64,000 nucleotides of DNA from an uncultured Candidatus Rokubacteria bacterium (GCA_963826115.1 CAWGVS010000010.1:288001-352000); one strand, 5' to 3'; shown: positions 28,420 through 38,887, numbered from the stretch's first letter. The notes: a model not told the origin generated them from the sequence alone. Program-made: numbers and translations.

Positions 28420-29829
28420 ATGGCGTCCGACGAGCTCTGCTGGCTGTCCGCCACCGACCTGGCGGCCCTCATCCGCCGCCGCAAGGTCTCGCCCGTCGAG
28501 GTCGTCGACGCGGTGCTGGATCGGATCGGCCGGCTGAACCCGCAGATCAACGCGTACGTCACGGTCACCGCCGACGAGGCCCGCCGCTCGGCGCGCCTGG
28601 CCGAGCGCGAGGCCGTCCGCCGCCGGGCCACCCTCGGCCCGCTCCACGGAGTCCCGTTCTCCGTGAAGGACCTCGTGATCACGAAGGGCGTCCGCACGAC
28701 GTTCGGCACGCCGCTCTTCGCCGACACGGTCCCGACCGAGGACGCGCCCATGGTCGCCCGCCTGAAGGCGGCCGGCGCCATCATGGTCGGGAAGACCAAC
28801 ACGCCCACGCTCGGCTGGCTGGGGGCGACCCACAACCTCCTGTTCGGCCCGACCCGGAACCCCTGGCGGCTCGACCGGACGCCCGGCGGGTCGAGCGGCG
28901 GCGCCTCCGCCGCGGTCGCCGCCGGCCTCGCTCCGATCGCGGTCGGGACCGACGGCGGCGGCTCCATCCGGATCCCGGCCTCGTTCGCCGGCATCTTCGG
29001 CCACAAGCCGTCCTACGCGCGCATTCCCACCTATCCGGCGAGCGCCGCGTGGAGCGTCTCCCACATCGGCCCCATGACGCGGACGGTGGCCGACGCCGCG
29101 CTCGCCATGCAGGTGTGCGCCGGACCCGACGAGCGGGACCCGTACTCCCTGCCGCGGGACGGGACGCACTACGTGCGGGCGATCCGCGGCGGCGTGAAGG
29201 GGCTCCGGGTCGCCTACGCGGAGGACCTGGGCAACCTGGCCGCGCTCGATCCCGAGGTGCGCCAGGCGACGGCGCGGGCCGCCCGCGCCTTCCGCGACCT
29301 CGGATGCCGCGTGGACACCGCGACGCCGCGGTGGCCGTCGCCGTACGACTGCTGGTTCCAGATCTTCTGCGGCGGGCTGGGCACCCGGCTCCTCCCGTAC
29401 CGCGACCGCCGCGACGAGATCGAGCCCGGGCTCCTCGCGATCATCGAGGCGACCGCGGCGAACCCGCCGAGCCGGTACGTGCAGGCCTGGTTCGACCGGC
29501 TGGCGTGGTGGCAGCATCCCCGCGCCTTCTTCGAGCGCTACGACCTCCTTCTCACGCCGACGGTCGCGTGTCCGGCCTTCCCGGTGGGCCTCGACCATCC
29601 CGCCGACGTCGCCGGGCGCGCGGTCGCGCCGTACGCGTGGCTCCCGTACACGTATCCCTTCAACCTCACGGGGCAGCCCGCGGCGTCGGTCCCCTGCGGC
29701 TTCACGCACGACGGGCTCCCGATCGGCCTCCAGATCGTGGGGCGGCGGTTCGACGACGCGACGGTGCTCCGCGCCGCGGCGGCGTTCGAGCGCGAGCGAC
29801 CCTGGGCGAACGCGCGCCCCGGACTGTAG
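28420..29829 (+). CDS. Amidase signature family protein
   Basis: GVPFSVKD, GGSSGG, GTDGGGSIRIPAS, NLTGQPA. Confidence 0.93.
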   Translation: MASDELCWLSATDLAALIRRRKVSPVEVVDAVLDRIGRLNPQINAYVTVTADEARRSARLAEREAVRRRATLGPLHGVPFSVKDLVITKGVRTTFGTPLFADTVPTEDAPMVARLKAAGAIMVGKTNTPTLGWLGATHNLLFGPTRNPWRLDRTPGGSSGGASAAVAAGLAPIAVGTDGGGSIRIPASFAGIFGHKPSYARIPTYPASAAWSVSHIGPMTRTVADAALAMQVCAGPDERDPYSLPRDGTHYVRAIRGGVKGLRVAYAEDLGNLAALDPEVRQATARAARAFRDLGCRVDTATPRWPSPYDCWFQIFCGGLGTRLLPYRDRRDEIEPGLLAIIEATAANPPSRYVQAWFDRLAWWQHPRAFFERYDLLLTPTVACPAFPVGLDHPADVAGRAVAPYAWLPYTYPFNLTGQPAASVPCGFTHDGLPIGLQIVGRRFDDATVLRAAAAFERERPWANARPGL

Positions 29830-29830
29830 G

Positions 29831-31081
29831 GTGACCTGGTGGCTCTTCGCGGGGGCCGTCGCCGTCCGCCTGGCGGCCCTCGCAATCCTGGGCCTCCGGC
29901 CTGAGCGCTTCGAGTACGAGTCGCAGGCGCTCAGCCTCCTCGCCGGCGAGGGCTACCGGTACGTCCATCTCGGGACTCCGCACCTTGCCGTCGGCCCGCC
30001 GCTCTACGGGTTTCTCTGCGCCGGTCTCTACCGCGTCTTCGGCCACGCGCCACTGCCGGTGATCCTGGTCCAGATCGCGGCATCCTCGCTGATCCCGGGC
30101 GTGGTCGTGCGCATCGCCCGCGAGGTCGGGCTCCCCGCGCGGCTCGCGCTCGTCGCGGGCCTGCCCGCGGTCGTGCACCCCGGGCTCGTCGTCTACGCGG
30201 TCCACAAGCTCCACCCGCTCTCGCTCGACGCGCTCTTTCTCGCCCTGACCGTGCTGGCCGTGCTGCGGCTCGCGCCCGTGCCGGCGGCGGGCGCTTACGC
30301 GCGGGCGGGTCTCGTGCTCGGGCTGGCGACGTTGTCGCGCGCGACCGTGGCGGCGTTCGCGCTGCCGGCCGCCCTCTGGCTCGCGTGGCTCGCGCCCGCG
30401 CTCCGGCGGCGGCGCGCCGGGGCCGGGATCGCTCTCTTCCTCCTGGTGGCCGGCCTCGTCGTGCTGCCGTGGACGGCGCGCAACTACCTTCTCTTCGGCC
30501 GGTTCGTGTTCGTCACCACGGACACCGCGGAGCTCTTCTGGCGGGGGAACAACCCGATCGCGACGGGTTCCGCGCTACTCCTGGACGGGCGCGCGGTCTT
30601 CCTCGGGGCACCCGAGGCGTTCCGGCGCGAGATCCTGTCGCGGGATGAGCTGGGCCAGGTCGATCTCTTCCGCGAGACCGCCCGCGCGTTCGTGCGGGAC
30701 CATCCCACGGAGTTCGCCGCGCTACTGGTCCGGAAGTGGGTGTCGTTCTGGTGGTTTCCGGCCAGCGCCGGGCTCCGCTACCCCGGCGCGTGGCTGCGCC
30801 TCTACCAGGCGTTCTACGTGGCGCTCCTCGCAGGCGCGATCCTCGGGGCGGTGGTCGCCTGGCGCCGCGCCGACGCCGACGGCCGCCGGAGGCTCGTCCT
30901 CGTGCTGGTGATGCTCGTCTGCGTCTCGGTCGCGCAGAGCCTCTTCTACGTGGACGTCCGGCACCGGTGGGGCGTCGAGCCCTTGCTGGGAGTCTTCCTG
31001 GCGGCCGGCGCGAGCGCGTGGCCGGCCATCGCGGGCGCCGGACGGGGGCGTCCCCTTGACGGCGGCGCCGGCCCTGCCTGA
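29831..31081 (+). CDS. GT-C fold membrane glycosyltransferase (ArnT/PMT-like, GT39/83-like)
   Basis: Multi-TM; PPLY, LSRAT, PWTARNY...WRGNNP, RHR motifs. Confidence 0.75.
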   Translation: MTWWLFAGAVAVRLAALAILGLRPERFEYESQALSLLAGEGYRYVHLGTPHLAVGPPLYGFLCAGLYRVFGHAPLPVILVQIAASSLIPGVVVRIAREVGLPARLALVAGLPAVVHPGLVVYAVHKLHPLSLDALFLALTVLAVLRLAPVPAAGAYARAGLVLGLATLSRATVAAFALPAALWLAWLAPALRRRRAGAGIALFLLVAGLVVLPWTARNYLLFGRFVFVTTDTAELFWRGNNPIATGSALLLDGRAVFLGAPEAFRREILSRDELGQVDLFRETARAFVRDHPTEFAALLVRKWVSFWWFPASAGLRYPGAWLRLYQAFYVALLAGAILGAVVAWRRADADGRRRLVLVLVMLVCVSVAQSLFYVDVRHRWGVEPLLGVFLAAGASAWPAIAGAGRGRPLDGGAGPA

Positions 31082-31205
31082 GGATGCTGTCGGAAGCACT
31101 CCGGTCGCGTCGCCGGCCGTGCCCTCGTCGCCCGGGACGGCACCGGCCGGGCACCTCGCCTCGCTGACATCGTGGCCGGTCGGAACGGCCACGCGGAGGT
31201 GGCAC

Positions 31206-32774
31206 ATGGGCGTCCTGCGAAAGCTCCGCATGCTCGGCCTCGCGGTTCTCCCCGTGCTGGCCCTCGGCATCGCCGCCGACGCGCAGGCCCCCCGGAAGGG
31301 CGGCGTGCTGCGGATCGGCAACCTCGGCGAGCCGCCGACCCTCGACGCCCACTGGACGACGGCGACCCTGACCGAGGTGCTGACGAACCACCTCTACGAG
31401 GGCCTCTATGCCCTGGACGAGGGATACCGGCCGGTTCCGATGCTGGCGGAGGGCATGCCGACGGTCTCGACGGACGGCCTGACGTACGTGATCCGGCTCC
31501 GCCAGGGCGTCAAGTTCCACAACGGCAAGGAGATGACGTCGGACGACGTCGTCGCGTCGCTCAAGCGCTGGACCCAGCAGTCGCAGTACGGGAAGGCGCT
31601 CGCGACGGTGCTGGCCGACATGCGGGCGACCGGGAAGTATGCCGTCGAGCTCAAGCTCAAGCAGAAGTCCGCGGCGGTCGTCGTCTCGCTGGCGGCGCCG
31701 AACAACTTCGGCGCGATCTACCCGAAGGAGATCGCCGAGAAGTTCCCGCCGGCCGAGAAGGCCACGGAGTTCGTCGGGACAGGGCCCTTCAAGCTCGCCG
31801 AGTGGAAGCCGGACCAGTACATCCGGATGGTGCGGTTCGACGACTACAAGTCGCGCTCGGATCCGCCGAGCGGGTACGGTGGCGCCAAGGCTGCCCACGT
31901 CGACGAGCTCCGATGGATTCCGGTGCCGGACGTCGCCACCCGCGTCGCCCAGATGGAGACGGGCGAGCTCGAGTTCGCGGACGACCTCAACATCGACGCC
32001 TTCGACCGCCTGCAGAAGAGCGCGAACGCGCGCCCGGTGGTCGCCAAGCCCTACTACTGGCTCATCGCGGTCCTCAACAAGAAAGAGGGCCTGATGACGA
32101 ACCAGAAGCTGCGCCAGGCCTGGCAGGCGGCCGTCGACATCGAGCCGATCATGAAGGCGGTCGCGGGGGGCCGGTCCGAGTTCTACCGGATGGACGCGAG
32201 CCTGGCCTTCGTCGAGAACACGCCGTGGTGGGTGAAACAGCAGACGAGCTGGGGCTGGAACGAGCACGACAAGGAGAAGGCGAAGCGGCTCATGCAAGAG
32301 GCCGGCTACAAGGGCGAACCGGTCCGGTTCGTCACGACTCAGGAGTACAAGTGGATGTACGACTTCGCGCTCCTGACGAAGCAGCAGCTGGAGGACGTCG
32401 GGTTCAACATCGACCTCCAGGTGGTCGATTGGGCGACGCTGGTGAAGCGCCGGAACAATCCGAAGGAGTACGAGGCGTTCACGACCGGGACCGGCAACAT
32501 CTTCGAGCCGACCGCTTTCACGGTGCTGTCGTGCACGTGGCCGGGCTGGACCTGCGACGAGCAGATTCAGACCCTCAACCAGGAGCTGGCGCGGGAGACT
32601 GACCAGAAGAAGCGATTCGCCCTGTGGGAGCAGATGCACAAGCTCTGGTACGAGAAGGTGCCGTCGATCCGATACGGCGACCTCCACGGGCTGAGGGCGG
32701 CAGCGAAGAAGCTGCAGGGCTTCAACGAGAAGACGGAACGCCCGCGGTTCCACAACGTCTGGCTGGAACGGTAG
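31206..32774 (+). CDS. ABC transporter substrate-binding protein, family 5 (paralog 1)
   Basis: GGAGGTGG then ATG 31206; signal peptide; GEPPTLD, LRQGVKFHNG, GTGPFK. Confidence 0.92.
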   Translation: MGVLRKLRMLGLAVLPVLALGIAADAQAPRKGGVLRIGNLGEPPTLDAHWTTATLTEVLTNHLYEGLYALDEGYRPVPMLAEGMPTVSTDGLTYVIRLRQGVKFHNGKEMTSDDVVASLKRWTQQSQYGKALATVLADMRATGKYAVELKLKQKSAAVVVSLAAPNNFGAIYPKEIAEKFPPAEKATEFVGTGPFKLAEWKPDQYIRMVRFDDYKSRSDPPSGYGGAKAAHVDELRWIPVPDVATRVAQMETGELEFADDLNIDAFDRLQKSANARPVVAKPYYWLIAVLNKKEGLMTNQKLRQAWQAAVDIEPIMKAVAGGRSEFYRMDASLAFVENTPWWVKQQTSWGWNEHDKEKAKRLMQEAGYKGEPVRFVTTQEYKWMYDFALLTKQQLEDVGFNIDLQVVDWATLVKRRNNPKEYEAFTTGTGNIFEPTAFTVLSCTWPGWTCDEQIQTLNQELARETDQKKRFALWEQMHKLWYEKVPSIRYGDLHGLRAAAKKLQGFNEKTERPRFHNVWLER

Positions 32775-32920
32775 TGCCGCCGACCGTCGACCCTCTTGAC
32801 GGTGGGGACAGGGCGCCGGACCATGAAACGCCCGCCGCAGGGCGGCCCAGGCCGCCGGCGTCGCGGGCGCGGTTCCGCCGGACACTTCTGACCATTGACC
32901 ATTCCAGGGGGAGGTGGCGC

Positions 32921-34507
32921 ATGACAGGACGGACCTACCGGTATCTCGCCGCGGGCGCGGTCCTCACGGCGATTGCGGCATTCGGGCTGATCGTCGGCGG
33001 GGTCGGGGATGTGCACGCGCAGAAGAAGGGTGGCGTCCTGCGGGTCGGCAACCTGGGCGAGCCGCCCACGCTCGACGCGCACTGGACGACGGCCAGCATC
33101 ACGGAGACCCTGACGAACCACATCTACGAGGGCCTCCTCACCCTGGACGACGAGAACAAGCCCATCCCGATGCTGGCGGAGGCCATGCCCGCCGTGTCGC
33201 CGGACGGGCTCACGTACACCTTCAAGCTCCGCCGCGGCATCAAGTTCCACAACGGCAAGGAGATGACGTCGGAGGACGTGGTCGCCTCGCTCACGCGGTG
33301 GAGCAAGCAGTCGATCTATGGGAAGGACCTGTTCAACTACGTGACGGAGGGCGGCCTCCGGGCCCTCGACAAGTACACCGTCGAGCTGAAGCTGAAGGAG
33401 AAGGTGGCGATCGTCCAGATCAACCTGGCGGTGGCCAACAACTTCGCCGCGATCTACCCGAAGGAGGTCGCCGAGAAGTTCCAGCCGACCGAGAAGGCCA
33501 CGGAGTACGTCGGCACCGGGCCCTTCAAGCTCGTCGAGTGGAAGCCCGACCAGTACATCAAGATGGTCCGCTTCGACGACTACAAGCCCCGCAGCGAGAA
33601 GCCCAACGGCTACGGCGGCGCCAAGATCGTGTACGTGGACGAGGTCCGCTGGATCCCGGTGCCGGACGTCGCGACCCGCGTCGCCCAGATGGAGACGGGC
33701 GAGCTCGAGCTGGCCGACGACCTGAACGCCGACGCGTACGACCGCCTGAAGGCGAGCGCCAACGCGCGTCCGATCATCTCGAAGCTGTACTACTGGCTCG
33801 TCGCGGTCCTCAACAAGAAAGAGGGCCTCATGACGAACCAGAAGCTCCGCCAGGCCTGGCAGGCGGCGCTCGACATCGAGCCCATCATGAAGACGGTGGC
33901 CGCGGGACGGTCAGAGTTCTACCGGATGGACTACAACCTGATCCATCAGGAGATGGGCGCCTGGCACGTGAAGATGCAGGGCCTGCCGTGGAACGAGCAC
34001 AACAAGGAGAAGGCGAAGAAGCTCCTCCAGGAGGCCGGCTACAAGGGCGAGCCCATCCGGTTCATGACGACCCAGGAGTACAAGTGGATGTACGACTTCG
34101 CCCTCGTCTCGAAGCAGCAGCTCGAGGACGCGGGGTTCAACATCGACCTCCAGGTGGTCGACTGGGCGACCCTCGTGAAGCGCCGCAACAACCCGAAGGA
34201 GTACGACGTCTTCACGACCGGCATCGGACCGCAGTACGACCCGACGAACTCCAACGTGCTGAGCTGCAGCTGGCCGGGCTGGACGTGCGACGAGCAGATC
34301 CAGACGATCAAGACCGCGATGATCCGCGAGACCGACTACAAGAAGCGGTTCGCGCTGTGGGAGCAGATGCACAAGGCCTTCTACGAGAAGGTTCCGGTCA
34401 TCCGCTACGGCGACCTCTTCGGTTTGCGAGCGGCCTCGAAGAAGCTCCAGGGTCTGAACGAGAAGACCGAGCGGGTGCGCCTCTGGAACGTCTGGCTGGA
34501 CAAGTAA
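32921..34507 (+). CDS. ABC transporter substrate-binding protein, family 5 (paralog 2)
   Basis: GGAGGTGG then ATG 32921; closely similar to paralog 1. Confidence 0.92.
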   Translation: MTGRTYRYLAAGAVLTAIAAFGLIVGGVGDVHAQKKGGVLRVGNLGEPPTLDAHWTTASITETLTNHIYEGLLTLDDENKPIPMLAEAMPAVSPDGLTYTFKLRRGIKFHNGKEMTSEDVVASLTRWSKQSIYGKDLFNYVTEGGLRALDKYTVELKLKEKVAIVQINLAVANNFAAIYPKEVAEKFQPTEKATEYVGTGPFKLVEWKPDQYIKMVRFDDYKPRSEKPNGYGGAKIVYVDEVRWIPVPDVATRVAQMETGELELADDLNADAYDRLKASANARPIISKLYYWLVAVLNKKEGLMTNQKLRQAWQAALDIEPIMKTVAAGRSEFYRMDYNLIHQEMGAWHVKMQGLPWNEHNKEKAKKLLQEAGYKGEPIRFMTTQEYKWMYDFALVSKQQLEDAGFNIDLQVVDWATLVKRRNNPKEYDVFTTGIGPQYDPTNSNVLSCSWPGWTCDEQIQTIKTAMIRETDYKKRFALWEQMHKAFYEKVPVIRYGDLFGLRAASKKLQGLNEKTERVRLWNVWLDK

Positions 34508-34527
34508 CGCGCGGGTGACCGCGTGAC

Positions 34528-34561
34528 CCGGCGGGGGCCGTCCCAGCGGCGGCCCCCGCCG
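34528..34561 (+). other. Stable hairpin after the SBP stop (mRNA stabiliser/attenuator)
   Basis: CGGCGGGGGCCG-N9-CGGCCCCCGCCG. Confidence 0.55.
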
Positions 34562-34569
34562 TCTTGGTC

Positions 34570-35514
34570 ATGACCGCATACCTCATACGCCGCCTCCTGG
34601 CTGTGATCCCGGTGATGGCCGTGGTCGTCACCGTGGTCTTCCTGCTGATCCACCTCATCCCCGGCGACCCGGTCGGGGTGATGCTCGGCCCCGACGCCAC
34701 GCCGGCGCAGATCGACCAGACGCGCGCCGCGCTCGGCCTCGACCGGCCCCTCCTCGAGCAGCTCCTCCTGTTCTACAAGCGCATCCTGCGCGGCGACCTC
34801 GGCCGCTCCTACTTTCTCGACCGGCCGGTCACCCAGGCGCTGTGGGAGCGCGCGGAGCCGACGCTGGTCCTGACCACCACCTCGCTCCTGGTGGCGCTCC
34901 TGATCGGCGTGCCGTCCGGTATCGTGGCCGGGGCCCACCAGGGCTCGTGGTGGGACCGGCTGCTCATGCTGGGCGCCCTCCTGGGCGTCTGTATCCCGGG
35001 CTTCTGGCTGAGCCTCAACTTCATCTACCTCTTCGCCGTCAGGCTCGGCTGGCTGCCGGCCGCGGGATACGCGTCGATCTTGACGGACCCGTGGACGGCG
35101 CTCCGCTACATGGTCCTGCCGGCGGTGTCGCTCGGGTTCAACCAGTCGGCGCTGATCGCGCGCATCGCGCGCTCCTGCATGGTCGAGGTGCTCCAGCAGG
35201 ACTACATCCGCACCGCCCGGGCGAAGGGGCTCTCGCATTACGTCGTGGCCTACGTGCACGGCTTTCGCAACGCCCTCGTGCCGGTCGTGACGGTGGTCGG
35301 CGTGACGATCGCGATCCTGGTCGGCGGGGCGGTCGTCACCGAGATCGTGTTCAACATCCCCGGGATGGGCCGCCTGATCATCTCGGCGATCCTCCGGCGG
35401 GACTACCCGGTGGTGCAGGGGGTCGTCCTCGTGACGGCGGCGTCCTACGTCCTCATCAACCTCGCGGTCGACATGGTCTACGCCTTCATCGACCCGCGGA
35501 TCCGCTACGACTAG
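34570..35514 (+). CDS. ABC permease (DppB-like)
   Basis: EVLQQDYIRTARAKGL, RDYPVVQG, DPRIRY. Confidence 0.92.
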   Translation: MTAYLIRRLLAVIPVMAVVVTVVFLLIHLIPGDPVGVMLGPDATPAQIDQTRAALGLDRPLLEQLLLFYKRILRGDLGRSYFLDRPVTQALWERAEPTLVLTTTSLLVALLIGVPSGIVAGAHQGSWWDRLLMLGALLGVCIPGFWLSLNFIYLFAVRLGWLPAAGYASILTDPWTALRYMVLPAVSLGFNQSALIARIARSCMVEVLQQDYIRTARAKGLSHYVVAYVHGFRNALVPVVTVVGVTIAILVGGAVVTEIVFNIPGMGRLIISAILRRDYPVVQGVVLVTAASYVLINLAVDMVYAFIDPRIRYD

Positions 35515-35515
35515 C

Positions 35516-36448
35516 GTGACGCCGACGATCCATGCCGTGACCGACGAGGTGGCGGCGGGGGCGGTCGCCGCGTCCGCGCCGGAGGCCACCACCCCGCGCA
35601 TCCGCTGGTACCGGCGGCTGCTCCGCAACCGGAGCGCCGTTGGCGGCGCGGCGATCCTCCTGGTGTTCCTCCTGATGGCGATCTTCGCCAGCCAGATCTC
35701 GACCCACGTGCCCACGCGCCTGAATCCCCCGCAGCGGCTGAAACCGCCGAGCGCCGCGAACTTCCTTGGGACGGACGAGTTCGGTCGCGACGTCTACAGC
35801 CTGGTGGTTCACGGGAGCCGCGTGTCGCTCCTGGTCGGCGGCGTGACCATGCTGTTCACGTCCGTGGCCGGGACGCTGATCGGGCTCGTCGCCGGCTACT
35901 ACCGGCGCCTCGACCTGGTCGTCATGCGGTTCATGGACGGGCTCATGGCCTTCCCCGCCATCATCCTGGCCATCGCCTTCATGGCGGCGCGGGGACCGGG
36001 GGTCTGGAACGTCATCCTGGCCCTGTCGCTCGTGTACATGCCGCGGACGGCGCTCCTGGTCCGGAGCACGGTGCTGAGCCTCCGGGAGCTCGACTACGTC
36101 GCCGCCGCCCGGGCGCTGGGCCGGGCCGATTTCTCGGTCGCCGTCCGGCACATCCTGCCGAACTGCCTGGCGCCGCTCCTGGTCCAGGGGACGTTCATCT
36201 TCGCCTACGCCGTGCTCGCCGAGGCGATCCTCGGGTTCCTCGGCGTCGGCGTGCCGCCGTACGTGCCCTCGTGGGGCAACGTCATCGCCAGCGGCAAGAA
36301 CGTCATTCGCGAGGCGTTCTGGGTCAGCCTCTTTCCCGGCATCACCTTGACAGTGGCCGGTCTCAGCCTGAACCTCTTGGGCGACGGCCTCCGCGACACC
36401 CTCGACCCCCGCCTCCGCGGGTCGGTCGGCACCGGTACAGGGAGATAA
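35516..36448 (+). CDS. ABC permease (DppC-like)
   Basis: [25 protein letters not shown]. Confidence 0.92.
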   Translation: MTPTIHAVTDEVAAGAVAASAPEATTPRIRWYRRLLRNRSAVGGAAILLVFLLMAIFASQISTHVPTRLNPPQRLKPPSAANFLGTDEFGRDVYSLVVHGSRVSLLVGGVTMLFTSVAGTLIGLVAGYYRRLDLVVMRFMDGLMAFPAIILAIAFMAARGPGVWNVILALSLVYMPRTALLVRSTVLSLRELDYVAAARALGRADFSVAVRHILPNCLAPLLVQGTFIFAYAVLAEAILGFLGVGVPPYVPSWGNVIASGKNVIREAFWVSLFPGITLTVAGLSLNLLGDGLRDTLDPRLRGSVGTGTGR

Positions 36449-36453
36449 GGCGC

Positions 36454-37221
36454 ATGAAGCTCTTCGATCTGACGGGCAAGGTCGCGATCGTCACCGGCGG
36501 CAACGGTGGCATCGGGCTCGGCATGGCGCGGGGCCTCGCCCAGGCAGGCGCGGCGGTGGCCGTCGCCGGCCGGCAGGCCGGCAAGAGCGCCACGGCCGTG
36601 AAGGAGCTCGAAGCGCTCGGCGCCCGCGCGATGGCCGTCGAGGTGGACGTCCGGAAGGAGGCCTCGTGCCGGGCGATGGTCCAGGCCGTCGTCGACCGCT
36701 ACGGCCGGCTCGACATCCTGGTGAACAACGCCGGCACCAACATCCGGAAGCGGCCCGAGGAGTACACGCTGGACGAGTGGCACACGGTCCTGGACACGAA
36801 CCTCACGAGCGCGTTCATGTGCTCTCACGCGGCGTACCCCCATTTGGTCCGCGCCGGCGGGGGGAAGATCATCAACATCGGCTCGATGATGTCGATCTTC
36901 GGCGCGCCGTTCACCACCCCCTACGCGGCGAGCAAGGGCGGCATCGTCCAGATGACCAAGGCGATGGCGACGGCGTGGGCGCGCGAGAACATCCAGGTGA
37001 ACTCGGTCCTGCCGGGCTGGATCGACACCGATCTCACGCGGAAGGCCCGCGAGCAGGTCGCGGGGCTCCACGACAAGGTGGTCGCGCGCACGCCCGCCGG
37101 GCGCTGGGGCTCCCCCGAGGACCACGCCGGGATCGCCGTGTTCCTCGCGAGCGCGGCGTCCGACTTCGTGACGGGGACGGCGATCCCCGTGGACGGGGGC
37201 TACTCGGTCCAGGGCGTGTGA
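36454..37221 (+). CDS. Short-chain dehydrogenase (KduD/gluconate 5-dehydrogenase-like)
   Basis: TGGNGGIG, NNAG, YAASK, PGWIDT, DGGY. Confidence 0.92.
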   Translation: MKLFDLTGKVAIVTGGNGGIGLGMARGLAQAGAAVAVAGRQAGKSATAVKELEALGARAMAVEVDVRKEASCRAMVQAVVDRYGRLDILVNNAGTNIRKRPEEYTLDEWHTVLDTNLTSAFMCSHAAYPHLVRAGGGKIINIGSMMSIFGAPFTTPYAASKGGIVQMTKAMATAWARENIQVNSVLPGWIDTDLTRKAREQVAGLHDKVVARTPAGRWGSPEDHAGIAVFLASAASDFVTGTAIPVDGGYSVQGV

Positions 37222-37715
37222 CGGACGCGGCGCGCGGGAGGCCGGTCCGAGCGCGCCGGCTCGCGCCGGGCGCGGCGCTCGCGCTGGTCCTCCTGGCCGT
37301 CGCGGGGCCCGTCGGCGGGCAGGGCGGTGACCTGCGGGCGGAGATGACGCGCACCGTGCTGGACCAGCTCGCGGCGTTCCGCCGGGACGACTGGCCCGCG
37401 GCGTACGCCTACGCATCCGCGACGATCCAGGCCCAATTTCCTCTCGAGGCGTTCCGTCAGATGGTGACGGGCGGTTACGCGCCGATCGCACACTCCGCGC
37501 GGGCCACGGTGTCGCGCGTCGAGGTGGTGGACGCCCTTCACGGGCTCGTGGAGGTCCAGGTCGAGGGCGCGAACGGCGAGACCGTGGACGCGCTCTACGA
37601 GCTCGTCGACGAGCAGGGTCAGTGGCGGGTCAACGGGGTCCTGACGCGGCCGGTGGAGGGGGCGACCGCGCGGGCGCCGGCCCCGGCGATCCCGCGCCCC
37701 GTCGCGGCTGGGTGA
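37218..37715 (+). CDS. DUF4864-like exported protein
   Basis: Signal peptide; QLAAFRRDDWPAAYAYAS..IQAQF...FRQMV..GY; WRVNGV. Confidence 0.75.
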   Translation: MTDAARGRPVRARRLAPGAALALVLLAVAGPVGGQGGDLRAEMTRTVLDQLAAFRRDDWPAAYAYASATIQAQFPLEAFRQMVTGGYAPIAHSARATVSRVEVVDALHGLVEVQVEGANGETVDALYELVDEQGQWRVNGVLTRPVEGATARAPAPAIPRPVAAG

Positions 37716-38887
37716 GCTCCCCGGCCGCCGGTACGGCCCGCGCCCTCGCCCCGCTCCCTCTCCTCACGGCCCTCGCGTTCCTGGTCCAGGTCGATGTCCG
37801 GATGATGACGCCGCTCCTGCCGGCCATCGCCCAGTCCCTCGGGACCAGCGTGACGGCGATGGGGCTCGCGATGACGCTCTACATGCTGCCGTACGGGCTC
37901 TTGCAGTTCGTCTACGGCCCCCTGGGCGACCGGCTCGGGGCGATCCGGGTGGTGCGGGTCGCGGCGATCGGCTTCGGCGTGGGGACCCTCCTCACCGGCC
38001 AGGCGCACCACATCCTCTGGCTCGACGCGACGCGGTTCGTCACCGGGGTTTTCGCGGCGGCGGTGGTCCCGCTCACGTTCGCGTACATCGGCGCGACGGT
38101 GCCGTACGCGGAGCGCCAGGCCACCCTCGGGCGCTTCGCCGCCGTCACGTCGCTGGCCCAGAGCCTCTCGGCGGCCATCGGGGGCACGGTGGCCCACTTC
38201 GTCTCCTGGCGGGTCCTGTACATCGGCGTGGGGTGCCTGACCCTCGTGCCCGCCCTCGCGCTGTTCCTCTTGGCGAGCCCGGCGTCCGATGCCGACGCGC
38301 CCCGACGCCTCCAGTTCGGGCTCGTCCTCCGCCGGCGCGCCGCGCGCATCCTCTACGGGATCGTCGGCTTCGAGGGCCTGTTCCTCTGGGGTGGCTTCAC
38401 GTACCTCGGGGCGGTCGCGGTAGCCCGGTTCGGTCTGAACGAGCTCGAGGTGGGCCTGCTGCTCGCGTCCTACGGGGTCGCGACGCTGATCGGCGGGATG
38501 TCCCTGGTCCGGGTCCGCGCCCGCGTGCCCGAGCGCCACCTCGCGGCGTTCGGCGGCGCGCTCAAGGGTGGCGGGTACCTCCTGATGAGCGTCAGCGGGT
38601 CGCTCGCTGCCTTCACGCTCGCCCTCCTGATGCTGGGGTTCGGGTACATCGCCCTCCACACGACGCTCCAGACCCGCGCGACCGAGCTGGCGCCGGAGGC
38701 GCGCGGGACCGCGGTCGCGCTGTTCGCGTTCTTCCTGTTCATCGGGGGCGCGCTCGGGTCCGCGCTGTTCGGCCCACTGGTGGACCACGGCTGGCACCGG
38801 CTCTTCCTCGCGATCTGCGGGGTGAGCCTGCTCGTGCTGGGAATCTTCGCCGTCCGGCTCCTCGGCGCCGCGCCCGACGCCGCCTGA
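37712..38887 (+). CDS. MFS transporter
   Basis: YGPLGDRLG, APEARGTAVALF; GTGA overlap with the upstream stop. Confidence 0.88.
   Translation: MSSPAAGTARALAPLPLLTALAFLVQVDVRMMTPLLPAIAQSLGTSVTAMGLAMTLYMLPYGLLQFVYGPLGDRLGAIRVVRVAAIGFGVGTLLTGQAHHILWLDATRFVTGVFAAAVVPLTFAYIGATVPYAERQATLGRFAAVTSLAQSLSAAIGGTVAHFVSWRVLYIGVGCLTLVPALALFLLASPASDADAPRRLQFGLVLRRRAARILYGIVGFEGLFLWGGFTYLGAVAVARFGLNELEVGLLLASYGVATLIGGMSLVRVRARVPERHLAAFGGALKGGGYLLMSVSGSLAAFTLALLMLGFGYIALHTTLQTRATELAPEARGTAVALFAFFLFIGGALGSALFGPLVDHGWHRLFLAICGVSLLVLGIFAVRLLGAAPDAA

Noticed and set aside
29831-31081. GT-C enzyme as the replacement for the missing MurG
   Set aside because: GT-C enzymes use lipid-linked donors on the outer face, whereas MurG is a cytoplasmic UDP-GlcNAc GT-B; there is no linkage to dcw.
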